Notes under the pieces: model-generated | Databases searched by the model: none | Seen by the model: only the letters and a program-made list of their open reading frames with translations | What the model was told of the DNA's origin: nothing | Source of the DNA: Longimicrobiales bacterium | Lineage (GTDB): Bacteria; Gemmatimonadota; Gemmatimonadetes; Longimicrobiales; Gaopeijiaceae | Direction: 5' to 3' | Length of the DNA: 64,000 nucleotides | Assembly: GCA_965219445.1 (NCBI GenBank) | Contig: CBDCNQ010000005.1 | Coordinates: forward strand, 352,001 to 416,000 | Shown here: positions 45,272-56,062 of the stretch, piece by piece | How positions within the stretch are numbered: position 1 is the first letter of the stretch | How the letters are laid out: every line of letters begins with the position of its first letter | Translations under genes and position numbers: made by a program

Positions 45272-45385
45272 ACGGGTCGACTCCCGTCGCACCGCGCGGG
45301 CGGAAGCAAGAGGAAAGCGAGACGGGCCCGGGGTCTCCCCGGGCCCGTCCCAAGGTTTCCGCAATCGTCCCCCTCGCCCCCAGCC

Positions 45386-45785
45386 TCAGTTGGCGATGGC
45401 GGCCGCCCCGGCCTGGGAGATCTGCTCGTCGTCGTCCGCCCGCACGCCGCTGGTCCCGATCGCCCCAATCAGCTGACCGCCGCGCAGAATCGGGACGCCG
45501 CCCGCGAAGGTCACGCCGTCGGGGACCTGCGGTACGGTATAGGCCTCGAGGGCGCTGTCCGTACACCGCGGTCGTGAGGCCCGTAGCCGCGACGGTGGCC
45601 GCCTTCCGCATCGCGACGTTGTAGGAGCCGGCGGAGGCGCCGTCCAGCCGCCGCAGATACACCGGCACACCCTCGATGTCCGCGACGACGATCGTCACGT
45701 TCCATCCGTTACGGCGCGCCTCGGCTTCGGCCGCGTCGAGCGCCGTCCGTGCCAGCTCGTATGTGAGGGCCCTCTGCGAGCGCGA
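45386..45785 (-). pseudogene. GlcG/HbpS heme-binding family protein, frameshift near 45560, 5' truncated
   Basis: LDAAEAEARRNGWNVTIVVAD..G....RRLDGA...RKAATV; FAGGVPI...IGAIGTSG...DDEQI. Confidence 0.8.
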
Positions 45786-46077
45786 TCAGACCCGACGGAG
45801 ACCAGTCGAAGCGCCAGTCTTGCTTGATGCCGAGAATGGAGAAGTCACGCCGGTTCGTCACTGCATAGATCGGAGCGGAGTCAACGATGTATTACTCCGT
45901 CCCATCCCGTCGCGAGGTCACGAGGCCAGCCGACGCTATGGTGGTTACGCGGATCCGGTCGCCGAGCATTCCGTCAGCTCTCCTGGACCATGCCGTCGAA
46001 CGCCACCTCACCGTTGGCGATCACCCGGATCGGACGACTCAGGTTGAACGCCTCGGGCGCAGAAGGGACGCAGCAAC

Positions 46078-46320
46078 ATGATCGACCATCTCCGAGGACG
46101 CGAGAAGGCGCTGGAGGCCTTCGGCTGGACGGGACGCTGTGCCGAATGGATCGCCCTGGCCTGTCTCCATGGCGGCGTCTTCACCCGGGCGCAGTGGACG
46201 AGCTTTCTGGGTTGCCACCATGAGCACGTGCGCCGCGCCGTCCATGCCCTCGTCGCGCAAGGCGCGGCCATCGAAGAGAATCCACCCGGCATCGCCGGCA
46301 TCGGCAGGATACGGCTGGGA
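46078..46320 (+). pseudogene. N-terminal fragment of a mobile-element-associated protein (winged-helix-like)
   Basis: MIDHLRGREKALEAFGWTGRCAEWIALACLHGGVFTRAQW; breaks near 46310. Confidence 0.55.
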
Positions 46321-46429
46321 CGGGCAGCCGGAAAGGCTGGGTGCGCGCTGACGTGGGGGAAGGTCCGTTCCAGCTAGTGGAGTGAAGTGCTTATGGCAGA
46401 GGATTTTCCGCAGGCGGCCCACCGGGTGA

Positions 46430-46623
46430 TGATGGGATGGGTCGTGACTACGGAGGCGCTCCTCCGACAGGTGTGGGGGCGCCGGGGCTCGGACGACACC
46501 GATCGCCTGCACACCGTCGTCAAGAAGCTCCGCCACAAGCTCGGCGACAACGCGGCCGCGCCCACCTACATCTGCACCGAGCGCGGAGTCAGCTACCGCC
46601 TGGCGACCCCGGGTGGGGTGTAG
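46430..46623 (+). pseudogene. OmpR/KdpE-type winged-helix C-terminal fragment
   Basis: VVTTEALLRQVWG...VKKLRHKLGDNAAAPTYICTERGVSYRL. Confidence 0.75.
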
Positions 46624-46738
46624 AGGGCCCCCGGGCGGGACGGCACCGACTCGGCGAACGGCCGTCCGAGGCCGCCGCACAGCCCCCGTGCCTATCGTGC
46701 CGCGGCTATTGCAGCAGCTTCCAATCCGAGCGCGTCGC

Positions 46739-46833
46739 TCAGTCCCAGTCGCCCTCGGCATCCCTCCTGAGCGCGTCGGCGAGCTCGGGATCGCCCTCGC
46801 CGCGGCGGACGGAGCGCTCGACGAGATCGACGC
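46739..46833 (-). pseudogene. 3' half of the host ORF disrupted by the integrative element
   Basis: VDLVERSVRRGEGDPELADALRRDAEGDWD*, in frame with the 60356-60460 half across the core. Confidence 0.65.
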
Positions 46834-47002
46834 ATCTATTGACGTTCAGTAGCGCTCCATAAAAGCCCAATAACACCTGATATACAAAGAGTTAGGAGAT
46901 TTCCATACTCCAGAGAGACCCCGTTACACCCCTTGACAGCCGGTAGTTTTATGGGGCACTATTTCGGGGCAGACTACCGTATCCCTCACACGGTGCCCCA
47001 AC

Positions 47003-48334
47003 ATGCCACTGACCGACACGGCCATCCGGAAGGCCAAGCCCCGCGAGAAGCCGCGCAAGATCTACGACAGCCGCGGCCTGTACCTCGAGATCGCCCCGCG
47101 CGGCACCAAGGCCTGGCGCTTCAAGTACCGCTTCGCCGAGAAGGAGAAGCGGATCTCCATGGGCATCTATCCCGAGGTCTCGCTGAAGCTCGCGCGGGAG
47201 CGGAGGGACGAGGCCCGCAAGCTTCTGGCCCGGGAGATCGACCCGAGCGCCTACCGGAAGGCACGCAAGCAGTCGAAGCGGCAGTGGGCCAGCAACAGCT
47301 TCGAGGCCGTGGCCACGGAATGGCTCGCGAAGCATTCGCCCAATTGGTCCGCCCGCTACGTCTGGCGGATCGAATGCGATCTGGGAAAGGATGTGTTCCC
47401 GTGGATCGGAGCGAATCCGGTCGCGGAACTCACGGCGCCGGAGCTGCTGGCCGCGCTGCGCCGCATCGAGGAACGCGGCCACCTGGACATGGCGCATCGC
47501 ACGCTTCAGCTCTGTGGGCGGATCTTGCGCTACGCGGTGGCGACGGGCCGGGCCGAGCGGGACGTGTCGTGGGACCTGCGCGGGGCATTTCCTCCGGTGA
47601 AGCGGAGGCACTTCGCGGCGATCACCGATCCGAAGGAAGTCGGCCCCTTGCTCCGGCTGTTGGACGGCTACGTGGGAACGCTTCCGGTACGCTGCGCCCT
47701 GCGTCTGGCGCCGCTGGTGTTCGTGCGCCCCGGAGAATTGCGCAAGGCCCAGTGGCCCGACATCGACCTGAACGGGGGAGAGTGGCGCTACACGGTGACG
47801 AAGACCGACACGCCGCATGTGGTGCCCCTGGCGCGTCAGGCGGTCGAGATCCTTCGCGAGGTTCATAGCCTGACCGGACACGGCCGCTACGTCTTCCCGA
47901 ATGTACGCTATCCGAGCCGGGAGCGGCCGATGAGCCGCGCCACACTGTGGGGCGCGTTCCGGGCGTTGGACATCCGGCGGGACCGGATGACGCCGCATGG
48001 CTTCCGGGCGATGGCGCGCACCATCCTGGACGAGGTGCTGGGCTTCCGGCCCGACTTCATCGAGCACCAGCTGGCCCACCGGGTCAGGGATCCCAACGGC
48101 CGGGCCTACAACCGGACGGCGTTCCTGCCCGAGCGTAGACACATGATGCAGGCTTGGGCCGACTACCTGGACCGGCTCAAGACCGGGGAAGAGATCGAGC
48201 CCGGGACTCTCGGATCGGGGCTTTCCCACATCCCAACGTCTCCGGGGATCCGAAACGCCGACTCATGGCTCGACGTTCCCGGCAGCCCACGGTCTGGCGT
48301 TCTCCGCGGGTCCGCGCCCGGTCCTCTGGGCTAG
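47003..48334 (+). CDS. P4-like tyrosine integrase with arm-binding domain
   Basis: MPLTDTAIRKAKP...GLYLEI...MGIYPEVSL; FVRPGELR, HGFRAMA, EHQLAH, AYNR. Confidence 0.96.
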   Translation: MPLTDTAIRKAKPREKPRKIYDSRGLYLEIAPRGTKAWRFKYRFAEKEKRISMGIYPEVSLKLARERRDEARKLLAREIDPSAYRKARKQSKRQWASNSFEAVATEWLAKHSPNWSARYVWRIECDLGKDVFPWIGANPVAELTAPELLAALRRIEERGHLDMAHRTLQLCGRILRYAVATGRAERDVSWDLRGAFPPVKRRHFAAITDPKEVGPLLRLLDGYVGTLPVRCALRLAPLVFVRPGELRKAQWPDIDLNGGEWRYTVTKTDTPHVVPLARQAVEILREVHSLTGHGRYVFPNVRYPSRERPMSRATLWGAFRALDIRRDRMTPHGFRAMARTILDEVLGFRPDFIEHQLAHRVRDPNGRAYNRTAFLPERRHMMQAWADYLDRLKTGEEIEPGTLGSGLSHIPTSPGIRNADSWLDVPGSPRSGVLRGSAPGPLG

Positions 48335-48689
48335 CGCGGACACACCGGCTGGACGGTCGGTAGAACTGGCGATCCGCCGCCCCACAGTGGCGCTGAACAC
48401 CCTTCCTGGAAGGATCGCTGGTCGGGAGCGACCCCGCCGGGGAGGGTGGCATGGGCGTGCACATGCCACCTTCCCCGATGCCGTACCAGGCATCCCGAAG
48501 GGGGGGTCGCTCCCGCCACGGCCGCACCCTCCGGAACGGCATCGCCGGTCCTGCGGCCGTGGTGCAACCGCAACGCGGCCAGCGACATGCGGAATCGGCG
48601 GCGCGCACATCGGAATGGCGATGCCGTGCACAAGCACCCCGATGTCGATGTGCACGCGCGGCACGCCACCGACGCCCGCCGTCCGGGGG

Positions 48690-49120
48690 TCAAGATCCGC
48701 CCCCTGGAAGCCGGCTCGAACGCCATGTCGTGAACCCGTCGATCGCCGTTCCGGGCCGCGCGGACCGGAGCCGGTCCTTCAGCTCGACGATCCTCTCGAG
48801 GCAGCCCTGCAGCCCGCCATGCTTCTCGATCACCGCGTCGTCCATGCCGCGGATCGCCTGCTCGATCCGGTCGATCTCGCAGCGGGCCGCGCGGCCGGGT
48901 TCGGGGGTGGCGGGGCTGGAGGCGGCGGTATTGGCCCATCTCCCGAGGGTCGTCCGTGCCCGCTCGAGTTCCCCGGGGGTGCGGAAAGACGGCCACGACC
49001 TCGACGGATCGGCCCCGCTCCCTGAGCGCATCCCAGAGCCGCCGGTGCGCATCGCCCCACGAGCGGAGCGCGGTCGCGGTCTCGTGGCCGGGATCGGCGT
49101 AGACGAAGATGGCGCGCCCG
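48690..49120 (-). pseudogene. C-terminal fragment of an element-associated protein, frameshift near 48990
   Basis: AIFVYADPGHETATALRSWGDAHRRLWDAL...; second frame ends DGFTTWRSSRLPGGGS. Confidence 0.55.
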
Positions 49121-49139
49121 GGGGCGACCGCCGTCGAAC

Positions 49140-49423
49140 CGCTCGCAGTCCAAGAGGGCACCTACCTGCGGATGAACATCGACATCGGAAATCAGTCCAG
49201 CGAAGGCGCACAGGCCGTGGTGCTCGGCAACGTCGCCAACTCCCGGAGCTGCGAGCAGTCGCGTCAGTGGGAACGGAAATCCTTCCCGGGCCGCCCGACC
49301 CCGGCACCCATCTCCGTATCTCCTAGTAGCCGAGTCTGGCTGTTGTTCGGCGTCGACTCAGGATTCGAGGCCCTGACGGAAATCTACTTCACGGAAGCAT
49401 CGGTCACCTTCACGCCGATATGA
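49140..49423 (+). pseudogene. C-terminal fragment of an unknown beta-rich protein
   Basis: MNIDIGNQS...WLLFGVDSGFEALTEIYF; no plausible start. Confidence 0.45.
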
Positions 49424-49504
49424 CCACCGCCGGTGCGACCGGTGCGAAGAGCGGGCACGCCCCGCAGTGTGCCCACTGGTGGATGGGCCGAGAGCGCTGT
49501 CCAG

Positions 49505-50146
49505 CTACAGGCGGTTCAACCACTGGGCGAGCGCCTTCTCCGGATCGGCCAGCTCCTGGACCGAGGTATACCAGCTGGCTTCCCAGCCAGTCTCCGGAAG
49601 GCCGATGAACAACATCAGGTTGAGCGGATAAGCCTCGCTGTCGGTGCAACGTCGGAAGTCGTCGCGGAAGAGGAATACCGGCTTCTCCCACGCGATCGCC
49701 ATGCCTACCTCCACCATCACGCCCTCGTCGGGGGGACAGCCGTTGACGACCGCGAAGAGCCCATCCGTGTCGCGTACGTCGTGAAGGTTCGCCTGACCGA
49801 TCCGGTAGGCGAAGTTCGGGCTCGTCGGGTTGATCCCGTCGCTGCGGGCGAACGGCTCCCACACCTGGGCGCCCAGCGATTCCAGGGCCACCACGAGTTC
49901 CTGCAGTGGCCCCGCGCGCTGTTGCGCCGAGAATCCATATGGGTTGGCCAGATACAGGATCTTTCCGGAGGTTCCGGGCGTGGCGGCGTCCGCCGGAGAA
50001 ATCGGCGCGCCACCTTCCGCAAAGTCACCAGCGAGACGCTCTGTCGCCGCCCGTGTGTGACCATCCTCGGCGCCACATCCCGTGGCCACCAGCAATGCCA
50101 ACATCGACATCATGCTCACTCCGACCAGGTCATGCCTCCAAGTCAT
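49505..50146 (-). CDS. Nucleoside 2-deoxyribosyltransferase-family protein with a lipoprotein-like signal
   Basis: LYLANPYGF, DEGVMVEVGMAIAWEKPVFLFRDDFR, NLML; N-terminal LLVATGC. Confidence 0.8.
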   Translation of the reverse strand: MTWRHDLVGVSMMSMLALLVATGCGAEDGHTRAATERLAGDFAEGGAPISPADAATPGTSGKILYLANPYGFSAQQRAGPLQELVVALESLGAQVWEPFARSDGINPTSPNFAYRIGQANLHDVRDTDGLFAVVNGCPPDEGVMVEVGMAIAWEKPVFLFRDDFRRCTDSEAYPLNLMLFIGLPETGWEASWYTSVQELADPEKALAQWLNRL

Positions 50147-50655
50147 CGATCCCTCCTCCCTCAGGTGTTGGTTCTTCTCCTTGTCGTAGCGGCTCGAGGT
50201 TAGGTGGTCAAACGGCGCGGGAGCGCGCGACGACCTCGTCTGCCGTCAATGGGTGATCCCTGCGATCTGCGCCTGTGCGATCGGGATGCTGTCGGATGGC
50301 TGATCGCCGCGCCGTCACCGCCTCCGCCCGCGTATCGCCGGCCGAGCTTGTTCGGCGGTGGGAAAACGACTGGGTCTTCTAACGCAACTCCTCATCCTAG
50401 CTCGGCTGCCCGGAGTTCATCGTCAGATCCGATCGACCGACCCCGGGAATGCCTGGGGCGAGGGGAGGATCCGGCGCCCCACACTCGCAGCGCCGCCCGA
50501 AGATCGCGACCGGCCCATCCTGTCAGGCTCCGGCAGTGTTATCTTGGGAGCGGCAGGACGCCTTCGGGGGACGGCGCGCCGGAGGCGAAGACCCGCCGGA
50601 ACCAATTCGGGAGATGGCGCTTCCGATCCAGCAACTGACAAGAGAGGACGCTCCC

Positions 50656-51270
50656 ATGCGCCGCATTCGAGCAGGATTGATACTGAGTGTCGGAGTGGCC
50701 GTGACATCTTGCGGCGGCAGCTCGACGGAGCCCGAGGACTCGCTGACAGGGGCGGAGGCCCTCGCGCTCCTCGAGGTAGCGATGAACCCAGGCCTGCAGC
50801 TGACCGACGAATTGCAGCCCGGGAGTGAGACCCTGACCCCTGACGGCGCCGTCCTGCAGTTCACCATCCCGTGCACGATGGGTGGAACGGTCGGGATGAC
50901 CGTGCGGTTCAGCCCCGCCGGAGAACCGGACGTCGACGGCGGCGGCGTGGCAGTGTCGTCGACCCTCGTTCACTCGGGTTGTATCGAAAGGCACGAGACG
51001 AGCGGAATCACCTTCACCCTGGACGGCGCACCCGAGCTGGAGATGAGCATCGAGCTGTCGATCTCGACAGAGTTCATATTCCAGCTAAGCGGCACAGTGG
51101 ACGGGACGGTTCGCTGGGCCACGGACGACGGCCGGAACGGGTCATGCGCGATCGATGTGGCGCTGGAGCCGGGGGATGATCCGTCCGCTCTCTTGAGCCT
51201 CACCCTCACCGGGCAGGCGTGCGGCGCCCAGATCATGGAGTCGTTCACCACGACCGAGCTGCTCGGATGA
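50656..51270 (+). CDS. Hypothetical lipoprotein
   Basis: GAGGA RBS; MRRIRAGLILSVGVAVTSC lipobox; Cys-containing beta-rich body. Confidence 0.75.
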   Translation: MRRIRAGLILSVGVAVTSCGGSSTEPEDSLTGAEALALLEVAMNPGLQLTDELQPGSETLTPDGAVLQFTIPCTMGGTVGMTVRFSPAGEPDVDGGGVAVSSTLVHSGCIERHETSGITFTLDGAPELEMSIELSISTEFIFQLSGTVDGTVRWATDDGRNGSCAIDVALEPGDDPSALLSLTLTGQACGAQIMESFTTTELLG

Positions 51271-51336
51271 ACTAACCCGAAGCACCGGGACCGGGCAGCC
51301 GAATCCCTCCCCGACGGGGACCGCGCCAGCAACGAT

Positions 51337-51589
51337 TCAAGTCAGCCCGCGCGGCTCCCGCATCCAGCCCGGAATATCCCGCGCCGCGCACACGGCGCGC
51401 CAGATATCGATGTCCGCCACCCTCTCCACATAGAAGAGCAGATACGGGAACCTCCTGACAGTCCGCGAGCGCAGGCCGGGAATATCCAGCTCCTGCGCGT
51501 AGCGGGGCGAGCCGGCGGCGACCATCTTCCAGCGCATCGATGAGGGCCATCGCAACCGCCGGTCCAGCCTCGCCCAGATCATGCTCCAC
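51337..51589 (-). pseudogene. ParE/RelE-family toxin remnant, frameshifted
   Basis: EAGPAVAMALIDALE / GSPRYAQELDIPGLRS...FPYLLFY...DIWR....RDIP. Confidence 0.75.
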
Positions 51590-51714
51590 CGGGTAGTGTC
51601 GCGATATTTGTGTAAAAAGGGGGTGAGGGGTCCGGGGAGGGTGGACAGCCCGGGAAAGAGAGAGGAAGCTCCTTGTGAATGTTCATCATCACATGAACCC
51701 GGGGAGTCCGGGCC

Positions 51715-51782
51715 TGCGCCAGCAGGTCCGCCTCCGGCATGGCCTCGGCGTGCTCCATGATCTGCTCGGGCAGACTCTTCAT
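51715..51782 (-). pseudogene. 5' stub resembling a DUF6088/AbiEi-like antitoxin
   Basis: GGAGG RBS, then MKSLPEQIMEHAEAMPEA; too short to be sure. Confidence 0.35.
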
Positions 51783-52055
51783 GGCTTTTCCCTCCGCGTC
51801 ATGAATCGAGCAATCGATATCACGTCGTCCTCCTCGGAGCGACGCTCTCGAAGCCCCCGGATGCCCTGCAACCGAAGTCCGCCACTGCGGGTGGACGATG
51901 CCAAATGGGCCGTGTCCGGGCTGGCCTCCCTGTCGAACTCCATGCACTTGACGGGGCCTCCGGCGAGCGCTGTGGAGGGTGTGTCTGCCATGCCACTGGC
52001 GGCGGTGTCCAACAGCTCGCGTACCGTACTGGCTATCTCTAGCCGTTACAGGCAT

Positions 52056-52081
52056 TTAGGACATTTCCTAAGAGTTGACTT
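52056..52081 (+). promoter_or_regulatory. Palindrome TTAGGA-N4-TCCTAA followed by TTGACT
   Basis: Perfect 6-bp arms, about 65 bp upstream of the Cro-like/AlpA gene. Confidence 0.55.
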
Positions 52082-52136
52082 CCTTGCATGCGGGTCTTCA
52101 CCGTTGTGGCCATGAAGACGCGGGAGCAGTGCGGCC

Positions 52137-52652
52137 ATGGAGACGCTGGAGCAGCAGTTCGACTCGCGGGTGAGGGTGTTCCTCGGGCGGACGGGCCTGA
52201 GTCCGACGACGTTCGGCATGAAGGCGTTGGGCGACCCGAACCTGATGCGCCAGCTCGACGGCGGACGCTCGCTGTCGCTCAGAACGGCGGACCGGGTTCT
52301 GGCGTTCGTGGCGGACTACGACCTGGACTCGGGCGGCCCTCGGACTCCGCCCCGAGGCCACCGGCGCCGGAAGCCTTCGCCGGGGGCGAGGAGAACGAGG
52401 AGCAGCAGAGCGATGAGTGAACAACCGATCGAACAGAGAACGAACCCGCCGACCCGCTTCCTGCGGCGGCCGGAGGTAACGGCCCGCACGGGTCTGGCGC
52501 GGAGCACGATCAAGGTGCGGATGCGCGAGGGGCACTTCCCCCGGCCGGTCTCGCTGGGCTCGCGCGCCGTGGGCTGGATCGAGGCGGAGGTGGACGAGTG
52601 GATCCGCCAGCGGATCGCGGAAAGCCGGGACACGGAGAGTGCCGCCCACTGA
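52137..52652 (+). CDS. alpA: Cro-like HTH fused in frame to AlpA (internal ATG at 52413)
   Basis: FLGRTGLSPTTFGMKALGDPNLMRQL..GRS; FLRRPEVTARTGLARSTI...FPRPVSLGSRAVGWIEAEVDEWI. Confidence 0.88.
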   Translation: METLEQQFDSRVRVFLGRTGLSPTTFGMKALGDPNLMRQLDGGRSLSLRTADRVLAFVADYDLDSGGPRTPPRGHRRRKPSPGARRTRSSRAMSEQPIEQRTNPPTRFLRRPEVTARTGLARSTIKVRMREGHFPRPVSLGSRAVGWIEAEVDEWIRQRIAESRDTESAAH

Positions 52653-52768
52653 CCCTTAAGGAGATAACGAACAGACGATGAGAAACGTTGTTGAGGACGG
52701 TGACGGCCGACTTCGATCTCGTCCACCTCAGGAACGGACAGGAGATCCGGCGCGAGCGCTGGTCAGCT

Positions 52769-54037
52769 TGACGTACCCCCTCCTGCGGTACCACTTGCTA
52801 TGTTAGACCTGAAGCCATTGGCGGTCCCTGGAGCTGAGGCATTCTGAGGAACCAAGGTGATGGTTTCAATGCTTCCGGAGCGGGGGTAGACCGCCGCAGG
52901 CGCTGTGGGGTCGAACGGTATTGTACACCCGCCGCCACTGCTCGACGAGTACGACGGCCTCGGGCAGTGTGTAAAAGATCTCTCCGTTCAAGAACTCGTT
53001 CCTCAGCTTGCCGTTGAAGCTCTCGTTGTAGCCGTTCTCCCACGGACTGCCCGGCGCGATGTAGAGGATCTGGACCCGCAGCCTGGCCAGCCATCTCCGC
53101 ACCAGTTTCGCCGTGAACTCTGGCCCGTTGTCCGAGCGCAGATGCTCGGGCGGACCGTGCCGAGCGAAGAGATCGGTGAGCACCTCGAGAACGTCGTGAG
53201 CTCGAGTCTTTCGACCGACCTTGATCGCCAGACACTGCCGCGTGTACTCGTCGAGCACGGTCAGAAGCTTCAGCGCACGGCCGTCATGGGTCCTCGTGCT
53301 TACGAAGTCGTAGGACCACACGTGATTCTTGTGCAGTGGCCTGAGCCGGATGCACGAGCCATCGTTGAGCCACAACCGACCCCGTTTCGGTTGCCGTCTG
53401 GGCACTTTCAGCCCCTCCTGCCTCCAGATACGCTCCACACGCTTGTGGTTCACCTCCCAGCCCTCGATGCGTAGCAGGTTCGTGATCTGTCGATACCCGT
53501 ACCTGCCGAACCGGCTCGCCAACCGTATCACGTCCGTGCGTAGCGCCGACTCGTCGACCCGCACCTTCTTCACCCGACGCTGAGTCGAGCGCGGCTGACC
53601 CAGTACGTGACACGCGTGACGTTCACTCGCCCCGAGTCGCTGACGTACATGCACCACGCACCTCCGTCGGCGCTCGGGGCTCAGAAGTTTCCCTTGGTCG
53701 CTTCCTCCAGGATCAGCTTGTCCACCGTCAGGTTCGCCACCGCTCGCTTCAGCCGTGCGTTCTCCTTCTCCAGCTCCTTGAAGCGTCGAGCTTGATCCAC
53801 CTTCATCCCCCCGAACTCCTGGCGCCACCGGTAGTACGTCTGCTCGCTGATCCCCAGCTCCCGGCTCACCATCCCCACCGTTTTGCCGTTCGCCAGACCC
53901 ACCTCCGCCTCTCTCAATGCCGTGATGATCTGCTCCGGCGTGTGTCGTCTCCTACTCATTCTGACCTCCTCCCTGATGGTTGCGACCAAAGCCGCATCCT
54001 AACATCAACTTCGGTCTCGGTTCAGGGGGTCACGTCG
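52769..54037 (-). mobile_element. Full-length IS3-family element (orfA 53681-53959; orfB with a late frameshift near 52880)
   Basis: Ends CGACGTGACCCCC / GGGGGTACGTCA; GGGAAAC slip site; DDE motifs. Confidence 0.93.
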
Positions 54038-54891
54038 CTCGCGACGACATCCTGGAGGTGATCCAATACCGCAGGGCGATGTGGCACGCGGAGAGGACGC
54101 TGCGAGAGCTCCCGCTCTCCCTTCGGGTCATTCGCGAATCGCACCGGGTTCTTCTAGCGAGCGGCCGAGGCAAACAGCGCTCACCGGGCGTGTATCGGTG
54201 TCTCCAGAACTGGATCGGCCCGCCTGGTTGCCCCGTGGAAGAGGCCACGTTCGTTCCAATCGCCACGCAGAATCTGGTCGACGCCATGAGCGCTTGGGAA
54301 CGATACATGCACCGGGACGAACCCGATGGCTTGGTCCAACTTGCGATTCTACATGCCGAGTTCGAGGCCCTTCATCCGTTTCTGGACGGTAATGGCCGCA
54401 TGGGTCGCATGCTCGTGCCCCTCTTCATGTGGCAAAGAGAGCTGATTCGCCAACCGGCCTTCTACATCAGTGCCTATTTCGAAGCCAACCGGGACGCTTA
54501 CTACGAAGGGTTGCGATCCGTATCGCGCGACGACGACTGGAGCGGGTGGTGCGAATTCTTCCTCGAAGCCGTTCGGACGCAAGCGGAGGATAATCTGATG
54601 AAGACCGAGGCGATTCTTGGACTCTACGAAGAGATGAAGGACCGTGTCCTCGAGGTTACCAACTCACGGTATGCGATTCGGGTCCTCGACTCGATCTTCC
54701 AGCATCCAGTCTTCACGAGCGCCCAGTTCGTTAAAGGAACCGAATCGTCTTCGCCCACTGCGCGTCGGATTCTCGCACGCCTGTGTGACTCGACCGTACT
54801 GCATAAGATCGAGCCTGCGCGCGGTCGGCGGCCCGCTCTATTCGTATTCCCCCGCCTGCTCGACGTTGCGGAAGGTAGGAAGAACGGATGA
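54038..54891 (+). pseudogene. Fic-family protein, 5'-truncated at the IS boundary
   Basis: QNWIG, HPFLDGNGRMGR, C-terminal HTH; no native start. Confidence 0.88.
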
Positions 54892-55468
54892 CGGTCACGA
54901 ATGATCGCCAAGGTCTTTTGTCGCTCGTATTGCCGCCGATATGAGCGACAAGGTGTCTTGTCGGTCACGGGTGATCGATAACACGGAGATCCGCTCCCTG
55001 AGTTCGTCAATTCCGTCCTCTACCACGGTGACGCCCTTGGACAGTCCCGCCCCGCTTGGCCAACTTGTTCGTGACCGACGCCCTGACCAACAACGCCACC
55101 GGCGACGAGTTCATCGATCGCGCGCGGATGGCCTGCCAACGGACCCAATCACTGTCTGCAATTGTACGCTTATGGACTACAGCGCCCGAAAAGGACTGAT
55201 CCTGGGCGAGCCGTGCGCCGGAACCGACGGGCGTCAGCCCGGCTCCTGCTACTGCGCTGCGAGCGTACCCGTCCGTGTTCAGACCCGCAAGGCCCGTGCC
55301 CGAAACCGTCTCGGGAGGGATGGCCATGCGCTCCGTTAGAAGATAGGTAGCGGCTAGCTCCTGTACAGCGTGGCTTGAAGGTGGACGCCGCAAGGCTGAC
55401 CGCCGAAGCCGTCGGGCCACGTAGCTACCCCGAAATTTTCTTCTTCTCGCTATCAGGAGTGCGTTCAA

Positions 55469-55723
55469 ATGCGGTACCTCATAAGCTACGACCTCAACAA
55501 GCCCGGCAAGAACTACGATGCCCGCATCAACGCGATAACCGCGATGGGTGGCACGCGGGTCCTCTTGTCCCAGTGGGTCGTCCGGCGCAACGATACATCT
55601 GCGTCGGGCCTACGTGACCACTTCTGGACCTTCATGGACGCCAACGACCGACTCTTGGTCGTGTCCATCGACAACAGCGACTGGGCTGGCACGAACCTCA
55701 TGGTCAAAATCAGCAGCCTTTAA
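55469..55723 (+). CDS. Stand-alone Cas2/VapD-like ferredoxin-fold small protein
   Basis: AGGAG RBS; MRYLISYDL...Y...SQWVV...DANDRLLVV pattern. Confidence 0.7.
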   Translation: MRYLISYDLNKPGKNYDARINAITAMGGTRVLLSQWVVRRNDTSASGLRDHFWTFMDANDRLLVVSIDNSDWAGTNLMVKISSL

Positions 55724-55810
55724 CGACTCGTGCAGGGCGGCCAAGAGTTGGCGTTCGTTGTTGGATACAGGCTCCACTTGAAGGCCGCCCTGCCACCAGA
55801 ATATCTTCAT
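55610..55810 (-). CDS. Small hypothetical protein overlapping the Cas2-like gene in antisense
   Basis: AGGAG RBS; MKIFWWQGGLQVEPVSNNERQLLAALHESL. Confidence 0.45.
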   Translation of the reverse strand: MKIFWWQGGLQVEPVSNNERQLLAALHESLKAADFDHEVRASPVAVVDGHDQESVVGVHEGPEVVT

Positions 55811-56062
55811 CGTTCTTTCTCCTATACCGTTAGTGGTATTTGATCGGTGGTAGCGGACTTCGTGCCGATTTTGGTTGGCGTGTGGAAACGTTTCTTGTCC
55901 TCCACGATCTCTTTGACCATGAGTAGCTGTACGCAGTCGTAGGCGACGTCTTCATATTCCCATTGCCCTGCTTGGGCTGCTGCGGCTTTCATGGCCTTGG
56001 AGGGCTCCTTGTTCGATATCGCGTGGCTCTTGGGAGAAGGAGTGGTTCGGCTCGACGTACAC

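Noticed and set aside
46822..46833. tRNA or tmRNA as the integrase target
   Set aside because: No cloverleaf or T-loop motif near either core; the target appears protein-coding
53980..54037. Native N-terminus of the Fic protein
   Set aside because: Derived from the IS3 left end; the true Fic 5' region is missing
55469..55723. CRISPR-Cas locus
   Set aside because: No repeat-spacer array and no other cas genes seen in the window
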